Shown here in pieces: positions 38,001-53,000 of a DNA stretch of 64,000 bases. Source of the stretch: Centroscyllium fabricii (Eukaryota); NCBI GenBank assembly GCA_051313645.2, contig JBNRSN020000002.1, positions 123,442,001 through 123,506,000 on the forward strand, read 5' to 3'. The notes below the pieces were generated by a model that worked only from the letters and a program-made list of their open reading frames with translations, did no database searches and was not told the origin of the DNA. Each line of letters begins with the position of its first letter. Position 1 is the first letter of the stretch. The position numbers and the translations under genes were made by a program.

Positions 38001-41000
38001 AGCGGTGTATCATACAAAGCCAATATTGGCGACAATATTACAGTGGTGACGTATACACAATATGGTTACCACATTCACCCCTTCTTGAAAATTTTAGGTC
38101 CGGCGGGGTGAATGGACAGAGCAGTTCATTATGAGCTTGTCCGGTGGTCGTGTCAGCCTGGAGGACCGCCGGGGCTCCGGTAAAAGTTCGCCATGTTCCG
38201 TACTGCTCGAGTCCGGTGGTGGTGACAGTGACTCTGGTGCCGGGACTTCGGATGCTGGTGGTCTCAATTGGTCCGAGCCATCGGAATGGTGGTCTTGGGC
38301 TGGCCACGGCTGGGGGTCTGGATACCTCGGAGGCCACTGTAGATGCAGGGGGTGTTCCAGATACTGTGGCTGGGCGGGCTGCTGCCCGACCAGGGGCTCT
38401 GCTGCGGTGCTCCCTGCGGGCGCCAGGTCCCTGATGGAGACGGTGTCCGCGCGCCCGTCCGGGAACTGCACGAAGGCATATTGTGGATTCGCATGCAGGA
38501 GCTGCACCTTGTCCACCAGGGGGTCGGTCTTGTGGCCACGGACGTGTCTTCTAAGGAAGACCGGCCCCGGTGTCGCGAGCCATGGAGGGAGAGCTGTCCC
38601 CGAAGTCGACTTCCTGGGGAAGGAAAAAATCAAGTCATGAGGGGTGGCGTTAGTGACCGTACACAGTAGAGAGCGTATTGAATGCAGCGCGTCTGGGGGG
38701 ACTGCCTGCCAATGGGCCACTGGAAGGCCTCTGGACTTCAGAGCCAGGGTGACCGCCTTCCAGATGATCCCATTCTCCCTTTCTACCTGGCCGTTCCCCC
38801 GGGGGTTATAACTGGTCGTTCTGCTCGTGGCAACCCCTTTCTGGAGCAGAAACTGACGCAGTTCATCGCTCATGAACGATGACCCCCGGTCGCTATGGAT
38901 GTAGCTGGGGAGACCGAAAATGGCGAACAGCGTGGTGAAGTGTTTTATCACCGTTGCGCTCGTCATATCTGCGCAGGGGAAGGCAAAGGGGAAGCGGGAG
39001 AACTCATCTACGACCGTGAGGATGTATGAGTTGCGGTCGGTGGTGGGGAGGGGGCCTTTGAAGTCCACGCTTAGACGTTCAAACGGGCGGGTGGCCTTAA
39101 TGAGGTGCACCGTGTCTGGCCGGAAAAATTGGGGTTTGCACTCAGCGCAAACAGGGCACTCTCGGGTCATAGCCTTGATCTCCGTGATGGAGTAGGGGAG
39201 GCTACGGGATCTAACAAAGTGGGCGAGCTGGTGACACCCGGGTGGCAAAGGCGGTCGTGGAGGTCCTTCAGCCGGTCTAGCTGGGCACTGGTGCACGTTC
39301 CCCTGGACAGTGCGTCCGGGGGTTCATTGAGTTTACCTGGTCGGTAAAGAATGTCGTACTCGTAAGTCGAGAGTTCGATCCGCCACCGCAGGATCTTATC
39401 ATTCTTGATCTTACCCTTCTGTTTATTATTAAACATAAACGCCACCGACCGTTGGTCGGTGAGAAGGGTAAAACGCTTACCGGCCAGGTAATGACGCCAG
39501 TAGCGCACGGCCTCCACGATGGCCTGGGCCTCCTTTTCCACTGCAGAGTGGCGAGTTTCGGGTCCCTGTAGGGTGCGGGAGAAAAACGCTACGGGCCTGC
39601 GTGCCTGATTCAGGGTGGCAGCAAGGGCAAAGTCCGAAGCGTCGCTCTCCACCTGGAAGGGAATGGATTCATCAACAGCATGCAGAGCCATTTCATTGAG
39701 AACTTAGGTGCTATCTGTCAAAACAGCCACAAGTTGGGTTTCTGACAGCTTTTCGGCCACTGATCTTGTGCACCATAGGGATACAGTTAGTGCCGATGCT
39801 GGCTCGAGTCCAGGGCGTCTACTGCAGCGGCTTCAACGATAGTTAGGAAGTCACTGGTGTCCCAACCATGTTTCATTGGCAGGGTTTCCAGCTGGTGGGT
39901 TTTGTGTGGGCAAAGGCTGAAAATTACGGGGGGCTCTTAAAATGGCATTTTTCATGCCAATTAAGGGTCCCTAATGAGCCTAATGACCATCCCTGCCGGC
40001 CACCGGTGGGAACAATTCAGGGCGGGTAGACACGGTGGTAGGAAATTACAAAGTTGCGGGGATCCGGCGGGGGCGGGGGGGTGGTCGAGACACTTCGTTT
40101 TTGCATTTTTGCGGCCCGACCCGTCGAAAAGCCAGCCTCATGGCTCAATGAAAATTGACAGCTTAATTTTTATTATAGATTCTGACATTCTGTTGATTAT
40201 GCTCTCTCTCCTTTCCCATTTATAGTGGACACAAACCCAAATCCAAATTCTTCATCGGTTTCGATAACATCAATATCTGACTCAACCTCCCCAGAGTCAG
40301 CTGCAATTTCAACTCTTTCCTCCACACAGACGCCGACACCTACTTCATGTAAGCAACAACTAAGTTCAGCATTAGACAAATTATTGTTCATGAGCATTTA
40401 TTGCTTACTTCTCTTTCTCATACCTTATTACAAATGTCTCAGCATCTGCAAAATTGGCAGCAAACTGACCTGCAGCGCCAACAATTTCATTCTATCCTCA
40501 AGTGTCAACAACACTGACCTCAGCGTTGCAGTAACTAATATCAGACAGTCAGTGATCACTCCCAATACATTTAAACCTTTTGATCATTTCACAGATCTAA
40601 CTGCAAATCACTCCCTGGTTTAAATGTCGACAAGTGACATAAATGCCATTCCAACAATTCGAAAAGCTGCTAGAACAATATCCAACTCAACCTCATCATA
40701 GACAACTGCAATATTTTGATCCTTCTTCTCAACAGTCTAATGAATAATAAATAATATAATCAACTTCTAAATTTACTCTGGGATCAATCATTATGAACAG
40801 CAAGTTGTTATGTACCGAATTATTCAGACATCTTGGCAAATGTTTCTGCTTCTTCATTATTACAGCTGACACAACTCCACCTCCAGAAGTCTCCTTTCCC
40901 TCAACATCTGCAACATCAGAATCACCTGCAACTGCAACACTTTCATCTGCTGCTATGAACACTATATCCAACTCACCCTCCACAGGGTCCACGGATACGC

Positions 41001-44000
41001 CAACAGTTTCATCTCAGCCCTCGACTCAGATGCCAACACCTAATTCACGTAAGTTATAACTAAATTTAGCCAACGATCAATCAATTATGAATAACATGGG
41101 TTACATCGGCATCATTCTCACACTTTCTTCTAAATGTTTCTGCATCTTCCATACCTACAGCTCACTCAACTGAGAACCCAATAGTTTCCTCTCCCTCCCC
41201 AACTACAGTATCAGAATCACTGAGCACAAAGTCAATGAATACGACAACATTTTCAGCTCCATCCCACACTGGATCAACAACGGTTACACCAGGTAAGCAA
41301 TAATCAACGCTGTCAATACTCAGTGACTCTCAACATGGTTTCTTCCTTATCATCATATCTCAGAACTTCCTGCAAATATCTCCATTGCTTTAATTTCTAT
41401 AGCAGGCACAACTGCAACTCTGACACTGTCAGCTGCAGTCACATTCACAATATCATTTAAATACATTTTCGTCTTGCTCCAAAATACATCATTGTTCTCA
41501 ATATGAATTATAAAGCCTTCTTCACTTCACAGAAGCTTCAGCTCTAATGATTTCAGAAAAAACTGCATCAACAAGAAAATCTTCAACAATTACGTCAGTT
41601 ATTTAGTGACTACATCTTGCCTCTAATCAGTGATCACCAAGGAACACTTACTGTTTATCATAGATTCTGACATTCTGTTGATTATCCTCCCTCGCCTTTC
41701 CCATTTATAGCGGACACAACCCCAAATCCAAAGCCTTCATCGGTTTCGACAACTTCCATACCTGACTCACCCTCCTCAGGGTCAGCTGCAATTTCAACTC
41801 TTTCCTCCACACAGACGCCGACACCTACTTCACGTAAGCGATAACTTAGTTCAACTTTAGACAAATTATTGTCAAAGAACATTTATTACTTACTTGACTT
41901 TCTCATACCTTATTCCAAATGTCCCTTCATCTGCAAAATTGACAGCAAACTGACCTGCAGCACCAACAGTTTTATTCTATCCTCCAAAGTGTCAACAACA
42001 CTGACCTCAGGATTGCAATAACCAATATTAGACAGTCAGCGATGACTCCCAACATGTTTATTCCTCATGATTATTTCACCAATCTAACTGCAAATCACTG
42101 CCTGGGTTAAATGTCTGCAACAGACATAACTGCCATTCCAACAATTCCAAATGCTGCTCCAATAATATCCAACTCAACCTCATCAGACACAACTGCAACT
42201 CCAATAATTTGATACTTCTTCTCAATACATTCATGAATTCTAACTAATATAAATTTCTAACTTTACCCTGGGATCAATCATTATAAACAGCAAGTTGTTA
42301 TGTATTGAATTATTCAGAGCTTTTGGCAAATGTTTCTGCTTCTTCATTATTACAGCTGACACAACTCCACCTCCAGAAGTCTCGTCTCCCTCAACATCTG
42401 CAACATCAGGATCACCTGCAACCACAACACTTTCATATGATTCTACGACAACTATATCCAACTCACCCTCCACAGGGTCAACAGACACTCCAACAGTTTC
42501 ATCTCAGCCCTCGACACACACACCAACACCTACTTCACGTAAGTTCTAACTAAACATATCCTACAATCAGTCATTTTTGAATACCATGGGCTTTCATTGG
42601 CATAATTCTCACACTTGAATCTGAGTATTTATGCTACTTCCATACCTGCAGCTCGCTCAACTAAGAACCCAATAGTTTCCTCTCATACCTCAGTATCAGA
42701 AACACTGAGCACAAAGCCAATGCAAACTACAACAGTTTCATCTCCATCCCACACTGGCTCAACAGCGGCAACCTTAGGTAAGCAATAATCACCGCTGTCA
42801 ATACTCAGTGACGCTCAACATGGTTTCATTCTTATTGTCATATCTCAGAACTTCCTGCAAATATCTCCATTGCTTTAATTTCTATAGCAGGCACAACTGC
42901 AACTCTGACACTGTCAGCTGCAGTCACATTCACAATAGCATTTAAATACATTTTTGTTTGAACAGCCTTGACACAGCACTGTTTCCAGACAGAAAGTCGG
43001 CGGGTTTCAGCTGCTTAAGCAGCAGAGCCATTAGACAACTGACACCACAGAGATTGAGTGACAGTTGCTGCCTGTTTCACTGGATTATCAAAGAGGTCTA
43101 TGACATCACAATGGTTACTCTAAACCACAGAGATTGAGTGACAGCTGCTGCCTATTTCAATGGATAATCGAAGAGGTCTGAGACAACACAATAGCTACTC
43201 TAAACCATGGAGATTGAGTGATAGATGCAGTCTGTTTCACTGGCTGCCTGCTCCAGCAGAGCCATTTCATTGAGAACTTAGGTGCTATCTGTCAAAACAG
43301 CCACAAGTTGGGTTTGTGACAGCTTTTCGCCCACTGATCTTGTGATACAGTTAGTGCCGATGGTGGCTCGAGTCCAGGGACGTCTTCTACTGCAGCGGCT
43401 TCAAGGATAATTAGGAAGTCACTGGTGTCCCCACCATGTTTCATTGGCAGGGTTTCCAGCTGGTGGGTTTTGTGTGGGAAAAGGCTGAATATTATGGGGG
43501 GCTCTTAAAATGGCATTATACATGCCAATCAAGGGTCCCTAATGAGCCTAATGACCATCCCTGCCGGCCGCCGGTGGGAACGATTCCCAGCGGGTAGACA
43601 CGGTGGTAGGAAATTACAAAGCGGCGGGGATCCAGCGGTAGGGGTGGGGTTGTCGAGACACTTTGTTTTTGCATTTTTGCGGCCCGACCCGTCGAAAAGC
43701 CAGCCTCATGGCTCAATGAAAATTGGCAGCTAATTCTTATTATAGATTCTGACATTCTGTTGATTATGCTCCCTCTCCTTTCCCATTTATAGTGGACACA
43801 AACCCAAATCCAAAGTCTTCATCGGTTTCAATAACATCAATCTCTGACTCAACCTCCCCAGAGTCAGCTGCAATTTCAACTCTTTCCTTCACACAGATGC
43901 CGACACCTACTTCACGTAAGCAACAACTAAGTTCAGCATTAGACAAATTATTGTTCATGAGCATTTATTGCTTACTTCTCTTTCTCATACCTTATTACAA

Positions 44001-47000
44001 ATGTCTCAGCATCTGCAAAATTGGCAGCAAACTGACCTGCAGCGCCAACAATTTCATTCTATCCTCCAAAGTGTCAACAACACTGACCTCAGCGTTGCAA
44101 TAACTAATATCAGACAGTCAGTGATCACTCCCAATACATTTACACCTTTTGATCATTTCACAGATCTAACTGCAAATCACTCCCTGGTTTAAATGTCGAC
44201 AAGTGACATAAATGCCATTCCAACAATTCGAAAAGCTGCTAGAACAATATCCAACTCAAGCTCATCAGAGACAACTGCAATATATTGATCCTTCTTCTCA
44301 ACAGTCTAATGAATAATAAATAATATAATCACCTTCTAACTTTACTCTGGGATCAATCATTATGAACAGCAAGTTGTTATGTACCGAATTATTCAGACAT
44401 TTTTGCAAATGTTTCTGCTTCTTCATTATTACAGCTGACACAACTCCACCTCCAGAAGTCTCCTCTCCCTCAACATCTGCAACATCAAAATCACCTGCAA
44501 CTGCAACACTTTCATCTGCTGCTATGACCACTATATCCAACTCACCCTCCACAGTGTCAACGGATACGACAACAGTTTCATCTCAGCCCTCGACTCAGAC
44601 GCCAACAGCTACTTCACGTATGTTATAACTAAATTTAACCGACGATCAATCAAATTTGAATAACATGGGCTTACATCAGCATCATTCTCACACTTTCTTC
44701 TAAATGTTTCTGCATCTTCCATACCTACAGCTCGCTCAACTGAGAACCCAATAGTTTCCTCTCCCTCCTCAACTACAGTATCAGAATCATTGAGCACAAT
44801 GTCATTGAACACGACGACATTTTCAGCTCCATCCCACACTGTATCTACAGCGGTTACATCAGGTAAGCAATAATCAACGCTGTCAATACTCAGTGACTCT
44901 CAACATGGTTTCTTCCTATCATCATGTCTCCCAACTTCCTGCAAATATCTCCATTGCTTTAATTTCTATAGCAGGCACAACTGCAACTCTGACACTGTCA
45001 GCTGCAGTCACATTCACAGTATCATTTAATTACATTTTAGTCTTGCTCCTCAATACATCATTGTTCTCACTGTGAATTATAAAGCCTTCTTCACTACACA
45101 GAAGCTTCAGCTCTAATGACGTCAGAAACAACTGCAGCAACAAGTAAATCTTCAACAATTACGTCAGTTATTTAGTGACTACATCTTGCCTCTAATCAGT
45201 GATCACCAAGGAACACTTACTGTTTATCATAGATTCTGACATTCTGTTGATTATCCTCCCTCGACTTTCCCATTTATAGCGGACACAGCCCCAAATCCAA
45301 AGCCTTCATCGGTTTCGATAACTTCCATACCTGACTCACCCTCCTCCGGGTCAACTGCAATTTCAACTCTTTCCTCTGCACAGACGCCGATACCTACTTC
45401 ACGTAAGCAATAACTTAGTTCAGCTTTAGACAAATTATTGTCAAAGAACATTTATTACTTACTTGTCTTTCTCATACCTTATTCCAAATGTCCCTTCATC
45501 TGCAAAATTGACAGCAAACTGACCTGCAGCACCAACAGTTTTATTCTATCCTCCAAAGTGTCAACAACACTGACCTCAGGATTGCAATAACCAATATTAG
45601 ACAGTCAGCGATGACTCCCAACATGTTTATTCCTCATGATTATTTCACCAATCTAACTGCAAATCACTCCCTGGGTTAAATGTCTGCAACAGACATAACT
45701 GCCATTCCAACAATTCCAAATGCTGCTCCAATAATATCCAACTCAACCTCATCAGACACAACTGCAACTCCAATAATTTGATACTTCTTCTCAATACATT
45801 CATGAATTCTAACTAATATAAATTTCTAACTTTACCCTGGGATCAATCATTATCAACAGCAAGTTGTTATGTACTGAATTATTCAGAGATTTTGGCAAAT
45901 GTTTCTGCTTCTTCATTATTACAGCTGACACAACTCCACCTGCAGAAGTCTCCTCTCCCTCAACATCTGCAACATCAGGATCACCTGCAACTACAACACT
46001 TTCATCTGATTCTACGACTACTATATCCAACTCACCCTCCACAGTATCAACAGACACTCCAACAGTTTCATCTCAGCCCTCGACACAGACACCAACACCT
46101 ACTTCACGTAAGTTCTAACTAAACCTATCCTACAATCAGTCATTTTTGAATACCATGGGCTTTCATCGGCATAATTCTCACACTTGCATCTAAGTATTTA
46201 CGCTACTTCCATACCTGCAGCTCGCTCAACTAAGAACCCAATAGTTTCCTCTCATACCTCAGTATCAGAATCACTGAGCACAAAGTCAATGCAAACTACA
46301 ACAGTTTCATCTCCATCCCACACTGGATCAACAGCGGCAACCTCAGGTAAGCAATAATCACCGCTGTCAGTTCTCAGTGACTCTCAACATTGTTTCATTC
46401 TTATCGTCATATCTCAGAACTTCCTGCAAATATCTCCATTGCTTTAACTTCTATAGCAGGCACAACTGCAACTCTGACACTGTCAGCTGCAGTCACATTC
46501 ACAATAGCATTTAAATATATTTTTGTTTGAACAGCCTTGACACAGCATTATTTCCAGACAGAGAGTCAGCAGGTTTCGGCTGCTTAAGCAGCAGAGCCAT
46601 TAGACGACTGAAACCACAGTGATTGTTTCACTGGATTATCAAAGAGGTCTATGACATCACAATGGTTACTCTAAACCACAGAGATTGAGTGACAGCTGTT
46701 GCCTGTTTCAATGGATAATCGAAGAGGTCTATGACATCACAATGGCTACTCTAAACCACGAGATTGAGTGACAGATGCTGTCTGTTTCACTGGCTGCCTG
46801 CTCCAGCAGAGCCATTTCATTGAGAACTTAGGTGCTATCTGTCAAAACAGCCACAAGTTGGGTTTGTGACAGCTTTTCGCCTACTGAACTTGTGCACCCT
46901 GGGGATAGATTTAGTGCCGCTGCTGGCCCGAGTCCAGGGACGTCTTCTACTGCAGCGGCTTCAAGGATAGTTAGGAAGTAACTAGTGTCCCCGCCATGTT

Positions 47001-50000
47001 TCATTGGCAGGGTTTCCAGCTGGTGCGATTTGCGTGGGGAAAGGCTTAACAATATGGGGGGCTCTTAAAATGGCATTATACATGCCAATTAAGGGTCCCT
47101 AATGAGCCTAATGACCATCCCTGCCAGCCGCCGGTGGGAACGATTCAGGGCGGGTAGACACGGTGGTAGGAAATTAGAAAGCGGCGGGGATCCGGCGGAG
47201 GTGGGGGGCGGGGGGTGCGGGGCGGTGGTCGAGACACTTCGTTTTTGCATTTTTGCGGCCCGACCCGTCGAAAAGCCAGCCTCATGGCTCAATGAAAATT
47301 GACAGCTTAATTTTTATTATAGATTCTGACATTCTGTTCATTATGCTCCCTCTATTTCCCATTTATAGTGGACACAAACCCAAATCCAAACTCTTCATCG
47401 GTTTCGATTAAATCAATTTCTGACTCAAACTCCCCAGAGTCAGCTGCAATTTCAACTCTTTCCTCCACACAGACTCCGACACCTACTTCACGTAAGCAGC
47501 AACTAAGTTCAGCATTGGACAAATTATTGTTCATGAGCATTTATTGCTTACTTCTCTTTCTCATACCTGATTCCAAATGTCTCAGCATCTGCAAAATTGG
47601 CAGCAAAACTGACCTGCAGCGCCAACAGTTTCATTCTATCCTCCAAAGTATCAACAACACTGACCTCTGCATTGCAATAACTAATATCAGACAGTCAGTC
47701 ATCACTCCCAATACATTTACACCTTTTGATCATTTCACAGATTTAACTGCAAATCACTCCCTGGTTTAAATGTCGACAATTAACATGAATGCCATTCCAA
47801 CAATTCGAAAAGCTGCTAGAACAATATCCAACTCAACTTCATCAGAGACAACTGCAATATTTTGATCCTTCTTCTCAACAGTCTAATGAATAATAAATAA
47901 TATAATCACCTTCTAACTTTACTCTGGGATCAATCATTATGAACAGCAAGTTGTTATGTACTGAATTATTCAGACATTTTGGCAAATGTTTCTGCTTCTT
48001 CATTATTTCAGCTGACACAACTCCACCTCCAGAAGTCTCCTCTCCCTCAACATCTGCAACATCAGAATCACCTGCAACTGCAACACTTTCATCTGCTGCT
48101 ATGAACACTATATCCAACTCACCCTCCACAGTATCAACGGACACGCCAACAGTTTCATTTCAGCCCTCGACTCAGACGCCAACACCTACTTCACGTAAGT
48201 TATAACTAAATGTAGCCGACGATCAATCAATTTTGAATAACATTGGCTTTCATCGGCATCATTCTCACACTTTCTTCTAAATGTTTCTGCATCTTCCATA
48301 CCGACAGCTCGCTCAACTGAGAACCCAATAGTTTCCTCTCCCTCCTCAACTACAGTATCAGAATCACTGAGCACAAAGTCAATGAATACGACATTTTCAG
48401 CTCCATCCAACACTGGATCAACAGCGGTTACCTCAGGTAAGCAATAATCAAGGCTGTCAATACTCAGTGACTCTCAACATGGTTTCTTCCTTATCATCAT
48501 GTCTCACAACTTCCTGCAAATATCTCCATTGGTTTAATTTCTACAGCAGGCACAACTGCAACTCTGACACTGTCAGCTGCAGTCACATTCACAGTAGGGT
48601 AGTGCTTACAGGACCCAAGAACCACACAGGAGCCGGAGAGACAGTTAACACTTGTTTAATCAATGGTACTACGAGAAAGAGAGAGAGCCACGAGGAGCGG
48701 GCTCTTTTAAACTGCCCGCTCGCCGCTGACCTCGTCACGCCGAGAGACGTGGTGACGTCATCGCGTCACCCGGTGGGCGGGGCTATGCCCCGCAGTACTC
48801 CCGAGGCGGATTCGCCAGCCGGCGTACCGCTACACAACTCCCCAAAGAATCCGTCCGAGAGGAAAAGAGTCTATACGAGGCGTCGTGGTGGCCGTAAGAT
48901 GCGGCCGGCACGTGTCGTGCATTGCTCCTGGTGCTGCGGTGGAGTGTGGGCAGGTGTTGGTGCGGGAGGGTGTCCGCGTTGAGGTGGTTGGGCGGGGGCT
49001 GTCGCGTCGCCCGCTATTACGTGTGCCGGTTTCAGCCGGTCGATCGATACCGTTTCTGTTCGGTTGCCCAGCTGTAGCTCAAAAGCTTTAGGTCCCGCCC
49101 GAAGCACTCTGTAAGGGCCGTCGTAAGGTGGCTGTAGAGGTGAACGATGAGCGTCGTGGCGGACGAACACGTACTTTGCGTGCTTAATGTTGTCCGGTAC
49201 ATGTGCCACCGGCTCTCCGTGCCGGGCCACCGGTAAGGGGGTGAATGCTCGTGCCGGGTTGGCAAAGTCTTTGAGGAACTGGTCGGCTGACCAGGTAGTG
49301 TTTGATTCGGCGAGAAACTCGCCTGGCACTCTTAATGTCTGGCCGTAGACGAGTTCCGCTGCTGAGGCGTGCAAATCCTCTTTGGCCGCCGGGCGGAGTC
49401 CGAGCAATACCCACGGAAGGCGGTCTGTCCATGATGCGTCTTGGAGGCTGGCCCGCAGGGAGGCTTTGATGGAGAGGTGGAACCTTTCGCACAGCCCGTT
49501 GGCCTGTGGGTGGTACGCGGTGGTTCTATGCAGGGTCACCCCGAGGTTGCGGGCGATGGCTGCCCATAGTGCAGACGTGAATTGGGGACCTCTGTCCGAC
49601 GTGATGTCGGTGGGCACGCCGAAACGGGCGACCCAAGTCGCGATGAACGCTCTGGCTAAGTCCGTGGTGTTGGTAGCAACCAGGGGGACTGCTTCTGGCC
49701 AGCGAGTGTTGCGGTCTACCATGGTCATCAGATGTGTGTGGCCCCGGGATGGCGGCAGTGGTCCAACGAGATCGACGTGGACGTGGTCGAAGTGCCTGGC
49801 TGGCACGGTAAACGTTTCCAGCGGGGCTTTGATGTGCTTGTGCACTTTGGCCCGCTGGCAGGCGATGCAGGCGTTGGTCCAGGCGCGGACGTCTTTGCGA
49901 AGGCCGCGCCACACAAAATGGGCCGAAATGAGTTTAATGGAGGCGCGGGTGCCGGGGTGGGACAGGCCATGGAGAGTCTCAAAAATGCGCCGCCTCCATG

Positions 50001-53000
50001 CGTGGGGGACAACGGGTCTGGGCTGCTGTAATGATACGTCGCAGCAGACTACGGTGGCCGCGGGGCCGTGTGCGATGTTGGCCAAGCGTAGGCCAGGGAG
50101 GTTTTCTGCTGGGTCGCGCAGGTCTGGGTCCGCCCGCTGGTCTGCTGCCAGCTTGGCATAATCGACCGCCATTTGGGCGGCGTTAATGGTGGGACGTGAC
50201 AGGCAGTCAGCAACCACGTTGTCGCGGCCGGAGATGTGCTGGATGTCGGTAGTGAATTCTGACACGGCTGCGAGTTGGCGCTGCTGCCTGGCCGACCAGG
50301 GTTCGGAGATCTTTTTTGGCTTCTGCGAGGGAGGCTGGCACGATGCTGTGCTGTGCGCCTGTGTCGCAGAGGAACCGGAGGCCTGTGCCGCTGTCCGTGA
50401 CGTAGAGCTGGGCTCCGGTGTGGCCTACGGACATGGTGGGGGCTGGGCCGGGCTGTGGCTTGAACGTTGATGTATCGTCAATTGTCTTAATAAAAGGCTA
50501 AACGAGTAGTGACCTTAAACTACAGGCTTTTATTAACTTACTTTGGAGCTACCCTCCGATCAAACATCCAGAACAGAATGAGGGAGCCTGGTAAGTCCTC
50601 ACCTATAAAGGGCCTCACCTGGGGAAGGAGTTAGAGGTGTGGCTGACCTGGCTCCACGACAGTGTTGCAAAGCGGTGTATCATACAAAGCCAATATTGGC
50701 GACAATATTACAGTGGTGACGTATACACAATATGGTTACCACATTCACCCCTTCTTGAAAATTTTAGGTCCGGCGGGGTGAATGGACAGAGCAGTTCATT
50801 ATGAGCTTGTCCGGTGGTCGTGTCAGCCTGGAGGACCGCCGGGGCTCCGGTAAAAGTTCGCCATGTTCCGTACTGCTCGAGTCCGGTGGTGGTGACAGTG
50901 ACTCTGGTGCCGGGACTTCGGATGCTGGTGGTCTCAATTGGTCCGAGCCATCGGAATGGTGGTCTTGGGCTGGCCACGGCTGGGGGTCTGGATACCTCGG
51001 AGGCCACTGTAGATGCAGGGGGTGTTCCAGATACTGTGGCTGGGCGGGCTGCTGCCCGACCAGGGGCTCTGCTGCGGTGCTCCCTGCGGGCGCCAGGTCC
51101 CTGATGGAGACGGTGTCCGCGCGCCCGTCCGGGAACTGCACGAAGGCATATTGTGGATTCGCATGCAGGAGCTGCACCTTGTCCACCAGGGGGTCGGTCT
51201 TGTGGCCACGGACGTGTCTTCTAAGGAAGACCGGCCCCGGTGTCGCGAGCCATGGAGGGAGAGCTGTCCCCGAAGTCGACTTCCTGGGGAAGGAAAAAAT
51301 CAAGTCATGAGGGGTGGCGTTAGTGACCGTACACAGTAGAGAGCGTATTGAATGCAGCGCGTCTGGGAGGACTGCCTGCCAATGGGCCACTGGAAGGCCT
51401 CTGGACTTCAGAGCCAGGGTGACCGCCTTCCAGATGATCCCATTCTCCCTTTCTACCTGGCCGTTCCCCCGGGGGTTATAACTGGTCGTTCTGCTCGTGG
51501 CAACCCCTTTCTGGAGCAGAAACTGACGCAGTTCATCGCTCATGAACGATGACCCCCGGTCGCTATGGATGTAGCTGGGGAGACCGAAAATGGCGAACAG
51601 CGTGGTGAAGTGTTTTATCACCGTTGCGCTCGTCATATCTGCGCAGGGGAAGGCAAAGGGGAAGCGGGAGAACTCATCTACGACCGTGAGGATGTATGAG
51701 TTGCGGTCGGTGGTGGGGAGGGGGCCTTTGAAGTCCACGCTTAGACGTTCAAACGGGCGGGTGGCCTTAATGAGGTGCACCGTGTCTGGCCGGAAAAATT
51801 GGGGTTTGCACTCAGCGCAAACAGGGCACTCTCGGGTCATAGCCTTGATCTCCGTGATGGAGTAGGGGAGGCTACGGGATCTAACAAAGTGGGCGAGCTG
51901 GTGACACCCGGGTGGCAAAGGCGGTCGTGGAGGTCCTTCAGCCGGTCTAGCTGGGCACTGGTGCACGTTCCCCTGGACAGTGCGTCCGGGGGTTCATTGA
52001 GTTTACCTGGTCGGTAAAGAATGTCGTACTCGTAAGTCGAGAGTTCGATCCGCCACCGCAGGATCTTATCATTCTTGATCTTACCCTTCTGTTTATTATT
52101 AAACATAAACGCCACCGACCGTTGGTCGGTGAGAAGGGTAAAACGCTTACCGGCCAGGTAATGACGCCAGTAGCGCACGGCCTCCACGATGGCCTGGGCC
52201 TCCTTTTCCACTGCAGAGTGGCGAGTTTCGGGTCCCTGTAGGGTGCGGGAGAAAAACGCTACGGGCCTGCGTGCCTGATTCAGGGTGGCAGCAAGGGCAA
52301 AGTCCGAAGCGTCGCTCTCCACCTGGAAGGGAATGGATTCATCAACAGCATGCAGAGCCATTTCATTGAGAACTTAGGTGCTATCTGTCAAAACAGCCAC
52401 AAGTTGGGTTTCTGACAGCTTTTCGGCCACTGATCTTGTGCACCATAGGGATACAGTTAGTGCCGATGCTGGCTCGAGTCCAGGGCGTCTACTGCAGCGG
52501 CTTCAACGATAGTTAGGAAGTCACTGGTGTCCCAACCATGTTTCATTGGCAGGGTTTCCAGCTGGTGGGTTTTGTGTGGGCAAAGGCTGAAAATTACGGG
52601 GGGCTCTTAAAATGGCATTTTTCATGCCAATTAAGGGTCCCTAATGAGCCTAATGACCATCCCTGCCGGCCACCAGTGGGAACAATTCAGGGCGGGTAGA
52701 CACGGTGGTAGGAAATTACAAAGTTGCGGGGATCCGGCGGGGGCGGGGGGGTGGTCGAGACACTTCGTTTTTGCATTTTTGCGGCCCGACCCGTCGAAAA
52801 GCCAGCCTCATGGCTCAATGAAAATTGACAGCTTAATTTTTATTATAGATTCTGACATTCTGTTGATTATGCTCTCTCTCCTTTCCCATTTATAGTGGAC
52901 ACAAACCCAAATCCAAATTCTTCATCGGTTTCGATAACATCAATATCTGACTCAACCTCCCCAGAGTCAGCTGCAATTTCAACTCTTTCCTCCACACAGA